64,000 bases of DNA, taken from the IMG/VR virus record IMGVR_UViG_3300033068_001747, one strand, 5' to 3'. The notes beneath the pieces were generated by a model. That model was not told the DNA's origin and ran no database searches. It saw only the letters and a list, made by a program, of their open reading frames with translations. Shown piece by piece: positions 20,852 to 30,254 of the stretch; position 1 is the stretch's first letter; every line of letters begins with the position of its first letter. The DNA is from a virus (lineage: Duplodnaviria > Caudoviricetes). The position numbers and the translations under genes were made by a program.

Positions 20852-21358
20852 ATGATAACAATAATAGCTGCAGCAGGAGAAAATAACTCTCTAGGTAAAG
20901 ACAACGACTTAGTTTGGCACTTACCAGACGACTTTAAAAGATTTAAACAACTTACATCAGGTAATTATATACTTATGGGTAGAAAAACATTTGAAAGTTT
21001 TCCTAAACCATTACCTAATAGAAAACATTTAATTATAACAAGACAGGAAAACTATTCTGTACCTGAAAATTGTTTTGTTTTTGATAGTATTTCTAAAGCA
21101 TTAGATTTTATTCCATTTACTGGAACTATTGAAAAACCAACTACAGATGTTTGGATAATTGGTGGTGGAGAAATCTATAAACAATCAATGGAAATAGCAG
21201 ATAGAATTGAACTAACAAGAGTACATTCCGAATTTGAAGCAGATACTTTCTTTCCAGAAATTGGTAAAGAATGGGAATTAGTAAATGAAGAACATCATAG
21301 TTCTGATGAAAAACACAAATACAATTTTACATATTTAACTTATGACAAAAGAATATAA
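20852..21358 (+). CDS. folA: Dihydrofolate reductase
   Basis: LVWHLPDD, MGRKTFES, PLPNR, IGGGEIY, ADTFFP. Confidence 0.96.
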   Translation: MITIIAAAGENNSLGKDNDLVWHLPDDFKRFKQLTSGNYILMGRKTFESFPKPLPNRKHLIITRQENYSVPENCFVFDSISKALDFIPFTGTIEKPTTDVWIIGGGEIYKQSMEIADRIELTRVHSEFEADTFFPEIGKEWELVNEEHHSSDEKHKYNFTYLTYDKRI

Positions 21359-21602
21359 AAAACAAATTGTAAAGGATTATCTTATCAAGCTAGAAAAGAA
21401 TCAAGCTAGAATTATAATAAATGGAATTGATGATTTTAGTGATCATCCTTTTAGACCTTGGGTTAAAATATTTTATAGTGTTATAAAAAGAAAAAATAAA
21501 TTATACACTAAAGTAAATAAAGTATGGTCTGAATATGGGACTTTTGATAGTTTATTTATCTCTGAAATTAGAGACCAACGATTAAATGATTTAGGTGTTT
21601 AA
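21342..21602 (+). CDS. Hypothetical protein with C-terminal tag
   Basis: Ends EIRDQRLNDLGV. Confidence 0.55.
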   Translation: MTKEYKKQIVKDYLIKLEKNQARIIINGIDDFSDHPFRPWVKIFYSVIKRKNKLYTKVNKVWSEYGTFDSLFISEIRDQRLNDLGV

Positions 21603-22291
21603 CGACGACCGTAATTTTTCACTTGTTGTTGAGTTCTATTATCTTTATCAGATGCTGCAAAATATTTAATTACATTTGGATCTTTAAAATTATCCATCAG
21701 TTTACTATTTCTTAGACTATGATCTCTAAGATCTAATCTTTTCATATGATGATAATCTCCAACGATTCTTTTAATATTCAATTCTGGATTTTCTTTATAT
21801 AACCAATAAGGAACTTTAACATAGAAAAACCCTTCTTTTTCAGGAACTTCTCCTAAAATAGCAATTTGTGAAGTTGGCAAAGTACCTTTATGAAAAGTAA
21901 CAGAGTAAGGTCTAGCATTATCTATAAAAGTTGCAGTATCTGCAGCAAATTCTTTAATATTTAAAATTTCAATTGACTTTTCATTTTGTTTAGTAATAAA
22001 GTAAGCTGCAATTATTGCTCTTTCATCTGCCAAATAAGTAGCTTTATTAAAATCAAACTCTATATCGTCTCTATAGATATGTTTATCCAATGGTTTATAC
22101 TCTGCATAAAACTCGGTAGGTTTTGTATACCACTTATGTTCTGGCTTATCAATTCTATAATAGGAAATATAACCTGGCTTATCAGGATTTAATATAAATA
22201 TTTTCTGACCTTTATCATTGATCCATTTTGTACCAAATTCTGGTAACTCCTGTGTTGATTCAAATATCTTAAACTTTTTTAGAAACTGCAT
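21599..22291 (-). CDS. Hypothetical protein with MQFLKKFKIFE leader
   Basis: Start reassigned to the ATG following AATATATA. Confidence 0.6.
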   Translation of the reverse strand: MQFLKKFKIFESTQELPEFGTKWINDKGQKIFILNPDKPGYISYYRIDKPEHKWYTKPTEFYAEYKPLDKHIYRDDIEFDFNKATYLADERAIIAAYFITKQNEKSIEILNIKEFAADTATFIDNARPYSVTFHKGTLPTSQIAILGEVPEKEGFFYVKVPYWLYKENPELNIKRIVGDYHHMKRLDLRDHSLRNSKLMDNFKDPNVIKYFAASDKDNRTQQQVKNYGRR

Positions 22292-22342
22292 TATAAAAAT
22301 TACTTTTTTGTATATATTAAAAATTAAATGTAACTTTGTAAA

Positions 22343-22624
22343 ATGAGAAATAAATTTGACCTTAATAAACCTGTTTATCATAAATCTTATGGTAAAATGA
22401 CTATCGAACGATACTTAGAAGCCAATTTAGATGAACCAGATACAGAAAATCAATATGATTGTGAGTATGGTTATGAAAATATCTGGGTAGGTGATAGACC
22501 AAAATTTAAAAGAAATACATCACTTTTTAAAGAATCAGATTTAATGTCAGAAGAAGATTACAACGCTTGGTTACTATCAAATAAAAGAGAAGAAACATTG
22601 AAAAATATATTAAAAGATACCTAA
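22343..22624 (+). CDS. Hypothetical protein with C-terminal tag
   Basis: NKREETLKNILK. Confidence 0.55.
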   Translation: MRNKFDLNKPVYHKSYGKMTIERYLEANLDEPDTENQYDCEYGYENIWVGDRPKFKRNTSLFKESDLMSEEDYNAWLLSNKREETLKNILKDT

Positions 22625-22656
22625 TTTTAATATATAATGAAAAATAAATTCCTACG

Positions 22657-23040
22657 ATGAAAAAAACACTAATCAATTGCAAGATTACTTATCAACAAGA
22701 ATCACTTAAAAACACTTTAACTGCAATTTTTTATGAACATTCGAGGAATAAATTTATTAAACTTCATGGTAAAATCTCAACAGAACTAACTCAAGATTTA
22801 CATCACAGAAGTTCACACATTTCACAACTAGATTTTACCAACTTCAAAGAAGATGTAGAACCAACAGAAGAAGAATTAGTAAAAATTTATCAAGAACTAC
22901 TTTCAAAGAAAAATTCTGGTAACTCTTTAAGATATAAAGTATCTAAACTTGAAGACTTTGAAATAAAAGCATTTGAACTTTTATCAGAAAAATTAACTTC
23001 ATATTTTAGAAATGAAAAATTAAATTCTATTGGAGTTTAA
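22657..23040 (+). CDS. Hypothetical protein with C-terminal tag
   Basis: YFRNEKLNSIGV. Confidence 0.55.
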   Translation: MKKTLINCKITYQQESLKNTLTAIFYEHSRNKFIKLHGKISTELTQDLHHRSSHISQLDFTNFKEDVEPTEEELVKIYQELLSKKNSGNSLRYKVSKLEDFEIKAFELLSEKLTSYFRNEKLNSIGV

Positions 23041-23066
23041 ATTTTTTATTTCGTATATTTGTTATT

Positions 23067-23444
23067 ATGGAAGAAATAATAGGAAATATGGAACATACAG
23101 AAGTGAGTAGAACACTTATTGACCGAATACTTGGTCGAAAAAAAGACATTGATAAGATTGTTAAAGTTAGAAAACAAATCATTACAATTAAAAAAAGTTT
23201 TAATGATGCTAAACTAACTAGACGTGTAGGTACATTTGATAATGTATATTATAAAATGTTTACCTTAATGAACGAAAGTGTAATGGATGAAAAATTAGTT
23301 TATATGAACTTAGGCGGTGAAATACTATTAAAGAAACTAACTGATACAAGAGACGAACTTGTCGAACTTTTGAAGAGTGTCATCGATATATCAGATATAC
23401 AGAAAGAGATTAGAGAAGATAAACTTAAATCAATTGGAATATAA
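23067..23444 (+). CDS. Hypothetical protein with C-terminal tag
   Basis: EIREDKLKSIGI. Confidence 0.55.
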   Translation: MEEIIGNMEHTEVSRTLIDRILGRKKDIDKIVKVRKQIITIKKSFNDAKLTRRVGTFDNVYYKMFTLMNESVMDEKLVYMNLGGEILLKKLTDTRDELVELLKSVIDISDIQKEIREDKLKSIGI

Positions 23445-23773
23445 TGGATAAAACAAGTGAAATAGTTTTCAACGGAAAGTTTGAAAAAGGTATGATCTTT
23501 CAAGAAATGTTGACATTTTGGCTAGGTATATTAGATATAACCGATGATGGTGTAATAATTACATTACAAGGTAATCGTATTAAGGAAATGAAACTAAAGA
23601 AATATACCAAAGATGAACTTATTACTTTTATGAAGTACGAAACAATTGATAATAAGTGTTGGTTAGATTATAGAAGTACTGAACCTGATAGAGTACGAGA
23701 TTGGTTTATACAAAAAGTAGAACACGATTCAATAGAAAATCGAAGAGATATAAAAATTGATTTATTGACATAA
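23444..23773 (+). CDS. Hypothetical protein with C-terminal tag
   Basis: NRRDIKIDLLT. Confidence 0.55.
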   Translation: MDKTSEIVFNGKFEKGMIFQEMLTFWLGILDITDDGVIITLQGNRIKEMKLKKYTKDELITFMKYETIDNKCWLDYRSTEPDRVRDWFIQKVEHDSIENRRDIKIDLLT

Positions 23774-23875
23774 AAAAATAAAATCCACTAAACAAAAGTG
23801 GATTTTTTTATATATATCAAGAACAAATTAAAAATATGGACTGAATTAGCTTTCGGTTCAAAAAAAAAATTCTTT

Positions 23876-24751
23876 ATGCAAAACACTTTAATGTACAATT
23901 CTCTAGTTCAAAAACTAAGAGAATTTTTTTTGGAAAAAAACTTCGTAGAAGTTCCAACACAACCTAGATTATCAATCTTAGCAGCTTGTGAAAACCCTCA
24001 CTCTGTTGCTACCTATGAATGGAATGGCTTAGTATGGCCTTTACCACAAACAGGACAAATGCACTTAGAAGTAGAACTTCTTAAAAATCCACAATGGGAC
24101 GGTGTATTCTGTATAACAACTTCTTACCGTGCTGAGAAAAATCCAATCCCTGGAAGACACGAAACAATTTTCCCAATGTTTGAATTTGAATCAAAAGGTG
24201 GAATCGAAGAATTGAAAAAACTTGAAGCTGAACTTTTAGTTTACTTAGGATTCGGAGAACCAGTTGAAAGAAAATATGACGATTTATGTGAAGAGTACGG
24301 TGGTGTACAAATCTTAGAAGACGAACATGAATCAAGAATGTGGAAAGAATTAGGACATTGTGTTTCTTTACAACAATTTCCACTAAGAACAAATCCTTTC
24401 TGGAATATGCTACCAGTTGGTGACGGTACATTCAACAAAATTGACATTATCTTATTCGGTCAAGAAACAATAGGATCTGCAGAAAGAAGTTGTGATGTTG
24501 CTAGAATGAGAGAACTTTTCCATACAATTGAAAATGGTGCTTATGCTGCTAAATTATTTGAATTATTTGGTCAAGAAAGAGTAGAGAAGGAATTAGAAGA
24601 CTTCTTTAGTTTAGATTTCATACCAAGATATGGTGCAGGAATCGGTCTAACAAGATTAGCAAGAGCAATGGAACTTCTAATCGAAGATAATCAAAAAGTA
24701 GCAGAAGAGTTAAATCTTCTAAATAAAAAAGTTACAGAAGTATATTCATAA
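23876..24751 (+). CDS. Class IIb aaRS catalytic domain only (AsnRS/AspRS paralog, possibly an asparagine synthetase); no OB-fold anticodon-binding domain
   Basis: Motif 1 REFF..NFVEVPT, motif 2 SYRAE...GRH...FPMFEFE, motif 3 GAGIGLTRL. Confidence 0.8.
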   Translation: MQNTLMYNSLVQKLREFFLEKNFVEVPTQPRLSILAACENPHSVATYEWNGLVWPLPQTGQMHLEVELLKNPQWDGVFCITTSYRAEKNPIPGRHETIFPMFEFESKGGIEELKKLEAELLVYLGFGEPVERKYDDLCEEYGGVQILEDEHESRMWKELGHCVSLQQFPLRTNPFWNMLPVGDGTFNKIDIILFGQETIGSAERSCDVARMRELFHTIENGAYAAKLFELFGQERVEKELEDFFSLDFIPRYGAGIGLTRLARAMELLIEDNQKVAEELNLLNKKVTEVYS

Positions 24752-24826
24752 AAAAAAAGAGAGACGAAAGTCTCTCTTTTTCATTTTTTAATAATAATAT
24801 ATAAGTTATAAAAAAAAAATGAAAAA

Positions 24827-25312
24827 ATGATTTATTTAAAAACTTTTGAAAAATATTCGGTTACTGAAGCAAATTTTAAAGATAAGCTTTACAATGCAAG
24901 TACCATTATAACTGGAAAGCCAATGACTTGGGAAATAAACAAAGAAAAAAATGAAAGACTTACTAGAGAAGTTGCACAAATTCTTATAGATAGAGGATAT
25001 AATCTAAATGAAGAAGGTGGAACTATGACAGATGGTTCAGAAATTTGGTCACTTCAAGATCAAGGAATGCAACCAATTGTCTTTAAAGCCAAACCTGATT
25101 ACTATGATAAAAGCATATTACAAATTGTAGTTAGTTTTTATTTCCCAAACAGAGAACATAGTGGTGAAAGTGAAATAATTGATATAGATGAAAATGACTT
25201 AGAAAGAACTGCAGATAAAGTATCAGAAGTTCTTGAAAGACTTAGAGCATTAGGTCATAGAGGTAATACATTTAGTAAACAAGGTAGTATTAAACTTCGA
25301 CTTGAAGACTAA
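24827..25312 (+). CDS. Hypothetical protein with MIYLKTFE leader
   Basis: Leader motif; flanked on both sides by aagagagac-gaaa-gtctct hairpins. Confidence 0.6.
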   Translation: MIYLKTFEKYSVTEANFKDKLYNASTIITGKPMTWEINKEKNERLTREVAQILIDRGYNLNEEGGTMTDGSEIWSLQDQGMQPIVFKAKPDYYDKSILQIVVSFYFPNREHSGESEIIDIDENDLERTADKVSEVLERLRALGHRGNTFSKQGSIKLRLED

Positions 25313-25339
25313 TAAAAAGAGAGACGAAAGTCTCTTTTT

Positions 25340-25762
25340 TTATTTTTTATAACTAATCATTAAACCTAATCCCCATAGACTAGTATTCTCAACATTATCT
25401 TTAATAACTTGTTCTAATTTATAAAATTTGAAACCATTATGACTATCATCAGTATTAAAAAAAACTTCACCAACTTGACCATTTCCCGAAAAATTATCCA
25501 ACTCATATCTTCTTTCTAACATCTGTAAAAATGGAATATAATAATTCTTTACATCATTCCAATAAAATAGATCATATTCTTCTTGCCTTGGTAAATTAAG
25601 ATTTATCTTAAAAACTCTGATGTCTTTTCTCCAAGTATCTTCATAAACATCAATCTCATATCCCTCATCCAAAAGATAAGCTAAAGAGCTATTACAGAAA
25701 TCTTTTAACTCTTCTACTTCATCAGGTTGTAAATCTTCATTAAATCTTTTTAAAAATCTCAT
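25340..25762 (-). CDS. LAYLLD-family paralog with MRFLKRFNE leader
   Basis: FC...LAYLLD and W..VK.YYIPFL shared with 29803 and 40138. Confidence 0.6.
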   Translation of the reverse strand: MRFLKRFNEDLQPDEVEELKDFCNSSLAYLLDEGYEIDVYEDTWRKDIRVFKINLNLPRQEEYDLFYWNDVKNYYIPFLQMLERRYELDNFSGNGQVGEVFFNTDDSHNGFKFYKLEQVIKDNVENTSLWGLGLMISYKK

Positions 25763-25780
25763 ATACTATATATTAAGATT

Positions 25781-25963
25781 TTATTTTAATAACTTATCAA
25801 TCTTTTGATCCCTAATATAAGCTAAACTATTTCTATAAATTTTTTCAATTGTATTTTGTGGATCATAACCATACTTCTGTAAATCCATAATTTGTTCTCT
25901 TGTTAAAGGTAAAGTAATACCATTACAAACTACCATATGGTTATCATCAAACTCTATTTTCAC
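25781..25963 (-). CDS. Small protein with C-terminal tag
   Basis: YIRDQKIDKLLK. Confidence 0.55.
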   Translation of the reverse strand: MKIEFDDNHMVVCNGITLPLTREQIMDLQKYGYDPQNTIEKIYRNSLAYIRDQKIDKLLK

Positions 25964-26763
25964 TATTTCTCTTTATTTTTATATATGGAATATGGATCCC
26001 ATTTCTCATCATACCAAAAAGTTCTACCTGTATTATCTTTACAAGATAAACCTTTCTGATAAAAAACCCACTTCTTAAATTCTTCATAATCAGAATCAAA
26101 TGGATTAGTCCAATCTGACAACTGACCACCATTTAAGGTATAAGCTTTAATCGGAATATCTCTACAAAAGTCTAATATATCTGGATTCTCCATAATAATA
26201 GTTCTAGCACATTCAAATGGGTTTACATTTATGTAATAAAGAATTGTAGAACGTAAATAATTACCAATTCCATTGAAATACTTTTGATCTAAAAGAGCTT
26301 CACAAATTGGTTTATCAAATGCTTTTAGTTTTAAGTTTACTAAAACATTTCTTTTAAATTCATCAAATTGTTTAGTAGGATCTGGTCCACGTTTTACACC
26401 AGTAAAAGCACCTAATCGGTATTTTGGTCCCATATATGAACCATAAAGTAATAAAGAATTACCATCATCTGTATCTAACCTCATTCTAACAAACTTGGTA
26501 TCATTCCAATTTTCAGTGGGAACAAATTTCCAATTTCCAGACATACCCATAAATACAGAGAAGTCTAATGTTTTTGTATCATTTTTAGTTTTTAACTGTA
26601 GTTCTTTACCAAAAGAATTGGCGACTACTTCAAAATTTTCAATCAACTCTGAGTCGATTGGGTTATTACCTTTTTCAACGTGATATAATTTTGTAAACTT
26701 TCTTTCTTTTGAATGATGATTTATATAATCACTCATAATTCGTAACTCAGGTCCTTCAGGCAT
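25963..26763 (-). CDS. nei: Fpg/Nei DNA glycosylase, NEIL1-like
   Basis: N-terminal PEGPEL, GKEL, GMSG, H2TH LLDQKYFNGIGNYL, zincless-finger D..GRTFW. Confidence 0.92.
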   Translation of the reverse strand: MPEGPELRIMSDYINHHSKERKFTKLYHVEKGNNPIDSELIENFEVVANSFGKELQLKTKNDTKTLDFSVFMGMSGNWKFVPTENWNDTKFVRMRLDTDDGNSLLLYGSYMGPKYRLGAFTGVKRGPDPTKQFDEFKRNVLVNLKLKAFDKPICEALLDQKYFNGIGNYLRSTILYYINVNPFECARTIIMENPDILDFCRDIPIKAYTLNGGQLSDWTNPFDSDYEEFKKWVFYQKGLSCKDNTGRTFWYDEKWDPYSIYKNKEK

Positions 26764-26926
26764 ATTCTTTTTATTTTTTCTCTTCGTTTATTTTTTCTCA
26801 TATTTTTCTTAGCTAACTTCTTTAATCTATAAGCCATAACATGATAAGACGATAATGTTTCATCATCTAAATATGTTTTATCACCTATCAGATCAAGATG
26901 ATCAATTATTACTGGTTTATATTCTT

Positions 26927-27373
26927 TCATTTGAATAAATCTTTTATTATAAAATCTCTTTTAATACTTAATGGTAATAAGTTTATAATTTGTTTTTTAC
27001 TAACTATCTTAGCGGCTGTACCAAAACTACCATTAAAGTTATATAATTCGGTTAAATCATTTCTCAATGAGAATCCATATGCAGTTTTCTTAGTTTTATT
27101 AAAATTATCTTGTAAATAAACCTTATCAACTACATTATTTCTAACCATAATCCAAATTATATATTGTTCATTAAATACCAATTTCCAATGTGAATCTTGT
27201 TTTGGATGTATTTTTTTTTCTTTTACCTGAACATACCTACCTGTTTTATTATCAATTACATGCTTAGTAGTATGATCATCCAGTATCATAGCTTCTCCAT
27301 CATTATATGGATTTGGCTTATGAAAAGGTATTTTAGTAAATCCTAACTCTCGTAACTTTTTAGTTGCATTCAT
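26927..27373 (-). CDS. Hypothetical protein with C-terminal tag
   Basis: IKRDFIIKDLFK. Confidence 0.5.
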   Translation of the reverse strand: MNATKKLRELGFTKIPFHKPNPYNDGEAMILDDHTTKHVIDNKTGRYVQVKEKKIHPKQDSHWKLVFNEQYIIWIMVRNNVVDKVYLQDNFNKTKKTAYGFSLRNDLTELYNFNGSFGTAAKIVSKKQIINLLPLSIKRDFIIKDLFK

Positions 27374-27392
27374 AAAACAAATATAGTAATAA

Positions 27393-28040
27393 TTATATAA
27401 AAATTAAATTATTTCGCTTAATATCTCTATTAATTTTACTACAAAGTGGACGTAAGTTTGTATAATGATTTAATTTAATTATATCTTCCTCTGTTTTAGC
27501 AGAGGATATGGGTATAATGTGATCTATATCCCAACCATAATTAAACTCTCCATTATATAAACCTCTATTTTCCCAAGTCATCCAACACTCAAATTTACCT
27601 TCTATATAAATCATAAATTCTGTAACACTACAACCTAATATAAATTCAGTCTTTGAATTTTTTCTAATACCTTTTCTCTTAAAAGAATTACTTACTAAAT
27701 TTCTAGCTAACTTATTAAATCTAAAAAAATCATCTTTAATTTTCTCTCTGTATTCAATTCTTCTTTTCTCTTTATTCTCTTCCTTTTCTCTATATTTTTT
27801 AAGATAAAGTATTTTCTCCTCTCTATTAATGATACTATACTCCTTTACTTTACTTAATTTATATTCTCTATTATTTCTATACTTCTCCTTCTCCTTCTCA
27901 CTATCATAGTACTTTTCTTTATTATATAGATTATGACAGGTTTTACAATTTGGTCTAATACCATCTTTATACTTTTTACCAATCGGAAATAAATCAAAAC
28001 TCTTTTCAATATTACATGTCTTACATACCTTTGTTAACAT
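27393..28040 (-). mobile_element. HNH-type homing endonuclease with N-terminal CxxC pairs
   Basis: CKTC..CKTC; WDIDHIIPIS...LNHYTNLRPL. Confidence 0.75.
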
Positions 28041-28170
28041 TTTCTAATTTTATTTTTTCTCTTCTAATATATTTTTTCTCACAAGATTTACAATTTCTAT
28101 TACAGAATTTTTTATTTGGTCTACCTATAATATTATTATAACAGTTTCTATACTCACACTTTCTATCCAT
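28021..28170 (-). CDS. Small Cys-rich protein (49 aa) upstream of the HNH gene
   Basis: MDRKCEYRNC...KKFCNRNCKSC; not in the ORF track. Confidence 0.4.
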   Translation of the reverse strand: MDRKCEYRNCYNNIIGRPNKKFCNRNCKSCEKKYIRREKIKLENVNKGM

Positions 28171-28226
28171 ATACTATATATAAATAAACTTGTCCTACCT
28201 TTTTAATATAAATTAAAAAAAGATGT

Positions 28227-29156
28227 ATGGAAAAAGTTAAATGTATTATTATAGGATCAGGACCTGCAGGGTATACCGCCGCAATTTATGCAGCAAGAGC
28301 AAATATGAAACCTGTTTTATATCAAGGGATGCAACCTGGTGGACAACTAACAACAACTAATGAAGTTGAAAATTATCCTGGATTTCCAAATGGAATAACA
28401 GGACCAGAAATGATGCAACAATTTGAGGAACAAGCTAAACGATTTGGAACAGATATAAGAGATGGTTTTGTAACTAAAGTAGATTTTAGTGGAGACATTA
28501 AAAAAGTCTTTGTAAACGAAAAAGAAATACATTGTGATACTGTTATCATATCTACAGGAGCCACTGCTAAGTACTTAGGATTAGAATCAGAACAAAAATA
28601 CCTTACTTTAGGTGGAGGTGTTAGTGCTTGTGCTATTTGTGATGGATTCTTTTACAAAGGTTTAGATGTAGTTGTAGTTGGAGCAGGGGATTCTGCTTGT
28701 GAAGAAGCTCACTACTTATCAAAAATCTGTAATAAAGTAACTATGTTAGTAAGAAGTGATTTTAGAGCTTCTAAGATTATGGTTGATAGAGTTAGAAATA
28801 CTGAGAATATAGAAATACTTTTAAATACTGAAACTATAGAAGTTTGTGGTGACGGTCAAGTAGTAAATAAAATCATTGTTAAGAATAGTAAAACTGAAGA
28901 AGTATCTGAAATACCTGCAGCTGGATTCTTTTTAGCGATTGGTCATAAACCAAACACAGATATATTTAAAGATTATTTAAAATTAGATTCTGTTGGATAT
29001 ATTGTTACTGAACCAGGAAGTACAAAAACAAATGTAGCAGGAGTATTTGCGGCAGGTGATGTTGCGGATCATGTTTATAGACAAGCTATTACTGCTGCAG
29101 GAACAGGTTGTATGGCCGCTTTAGATGCAGAAAGATACTTAGCAAGTTTGGAATAG
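28227..29156 (+). CDS. trxB: Thioredoxin reductase
   Basis: IIGSGPAGYTAAIY, CAIC, FAAGDVAD..YRQAITAAG. Confidence 0.97.
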   Translation: MEKVKCIIIGSGPAGYTAAIYAARANMKPVLYQGMQPGGQLTTTNEVENYPGFPNGITGPEMMQQFEEQAKRFGTDIRDGFVTKVDFSGDIKKVFVNEKEIHCDTVIISTGATAKYLGLESEQKYLTLGGGVSACAICDGFFYKGLDVVVVGAGDSACEEAHYLSKICNKVTMLVRSDFRASKIMVDRVRNTENIEILLNTETIEVCGDGQVVNKIIVKNSKTEEVSEIPAAGFFLAIGHKPNTDIFKDYLKLDSVGYIVTEPGSTKTNVAGVFAAGDVADHVYRQAITAAGTGCMAALDAERYLASLE

Positions 29157-29160
29157 TAAA

Positions 29161-29610
29161 ATATATTTTGTAATTTTACATAAAGGCTCGTTCGCACCCA
29201 TGCACATAGGCCACTTAAATATAATTGAAAAAGCTGAAAGAATTTTCGGTAAAGGAAATGTTATAGTTGCAATTGGAGTAAATCCCGATAAAAACTATTT
29301 AGAAAGACAAGATCCAAAAGAACTTGAAAAGACTATAAATCGTCCTGTTATTACTTATGCTAAGTTTCTACACGAACTTGTAGAAGATTATGAGAAAGAA
29401 GGTTTAAAAGTAGTTATAATCAGAGGATTAAGAAATGGTACTGATTTAGATTATGAAGTAAATCAATTTAGATTTATAAACGACTTTAAGAAAGATATAA
29501 ACGTAGTTTATATTACTTGTGACCAAGAATTTGAACATATTTCTTCTTCTGCAATTAGAAAGATTGAACAATTTGGTGGACCAGATATGGTAAAAAAATA
29601 TCTTTTATAA
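29161..29610 (+). CDS. coaD: Phosphopantetheine adenylyltransferase-like nucleotidyltransferase; start codon uncertain
   Basis: GSFAPMHIGH, IIRGLR...DLDYE, HISSSAIR; GSF lies upstream of the first ATG (29200). Confidence 0.75.
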   Translation: MYFVILHKGSFAPMHIGHLNIIEKAERIFGKGNVIVAIGVNPDKNYLERQDPKELEKTINRPVITYAKFLHELVEDYEKEGLKVVIIRGLRNGTDLDYEVNQFRFINDFKKDINVVYITCDQEFEHISSSAIRKIEQFGGPDMVKKYLL

Positions 29611-29813
29611 TGGTAGATTATATCGGTTGGTGTGAAGAATGTGCGGAGTTTAAAACTATAGTGATAGATACTGAAAAAAATTATAAAACTTCATATCACG
29701 AAGCAACATTTATGTGTAGTGAATGTACACAAAAACAAATAATAGAGAAAAGAGATAAAAAATTAAACCAGTTACTAAAACGTAGCTGGTTTGATAAATT
29801 ATTTAGAAATTAG
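29610..29813 (+). CDS. Zinc-ribbon protein with C-terminal tag
   Basis: CEEC..CSEC; EKRDKKLNQLLK. Confidence 0.55.
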   Translation: MVDYIGWCEECAEFKTIVIDTEKNYKTSYHEATFMCSECTQKQIIEKRDKKLNQLLKRSWFDKLFRN

Positions 29814-30252
29814 CAAATCTTTTAATTCTTTTTAGAAGGGTATCAGGTGTTTTATCTGTAACAGTTATATCAATAACCCTAATCATACCTGGTTTTATTT
29901 TATCCTTAACTATAGAATTAAGTGAGTGACCAATCCAGGCTTGTTGTGTAGAATATGAACCATATTTGACTCCTTTCGAGTATTCATAGAAATAAATTCT
30001 TGAAACATCATAGTCTTTATCAAGCCTTTTAAGAAAAGGAATAATATAATCCTTTACATTATCCCAATTAAATAGTTTATCGTTAGTATGTAAAGGTAGA
30101 TTTCTTTCATTAGGATTATTAGAAATAATAACTGAAAACGTATTCTTTTTATCTTCACCTGTCATAACTACCTCAACTTGAAAGTCTTCTTGATCTAATA
30201 AATAAGCTAGATTTGTCTCACAATAATCTATAAGTTCATCCCATTTTCTCAC
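29803..30252 (-). CDS. LAYLLD-family paralog
   Basis: YCETNLAYLLD, WDNVKDYIIPFL. Confidence 0.55.
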   Translation of the reverse strand: MRKWDELIDYCETNLAYLLDQEDFQVEVVMTGEDKKNTFSVIISNNPNERNLPLHTNDKLFNWDNVKDYIIPFLKRLDKDYDVSRIYFYEYSKGVKYGSYSTQQAWIGHSLNSIVKDKIKPGMIRVIDITVTDKTPDTLLKRIKRFANF

Positions 30253-30254
30253 AA

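Noticed and set aside
23839-23875. preQ1-I riboswitch
   Set aside because: A hairpin and A tract are present, but the 3' tail cannot pair with the loop and the conserved loop bases are missing
23876-24751. Cognate amino-acid avoidance in the Asn/Asp synthetase-like gene
   Set aside because: About 14 Asn and 10 Asp are present; the mild GAC preference could simply reflect high expression
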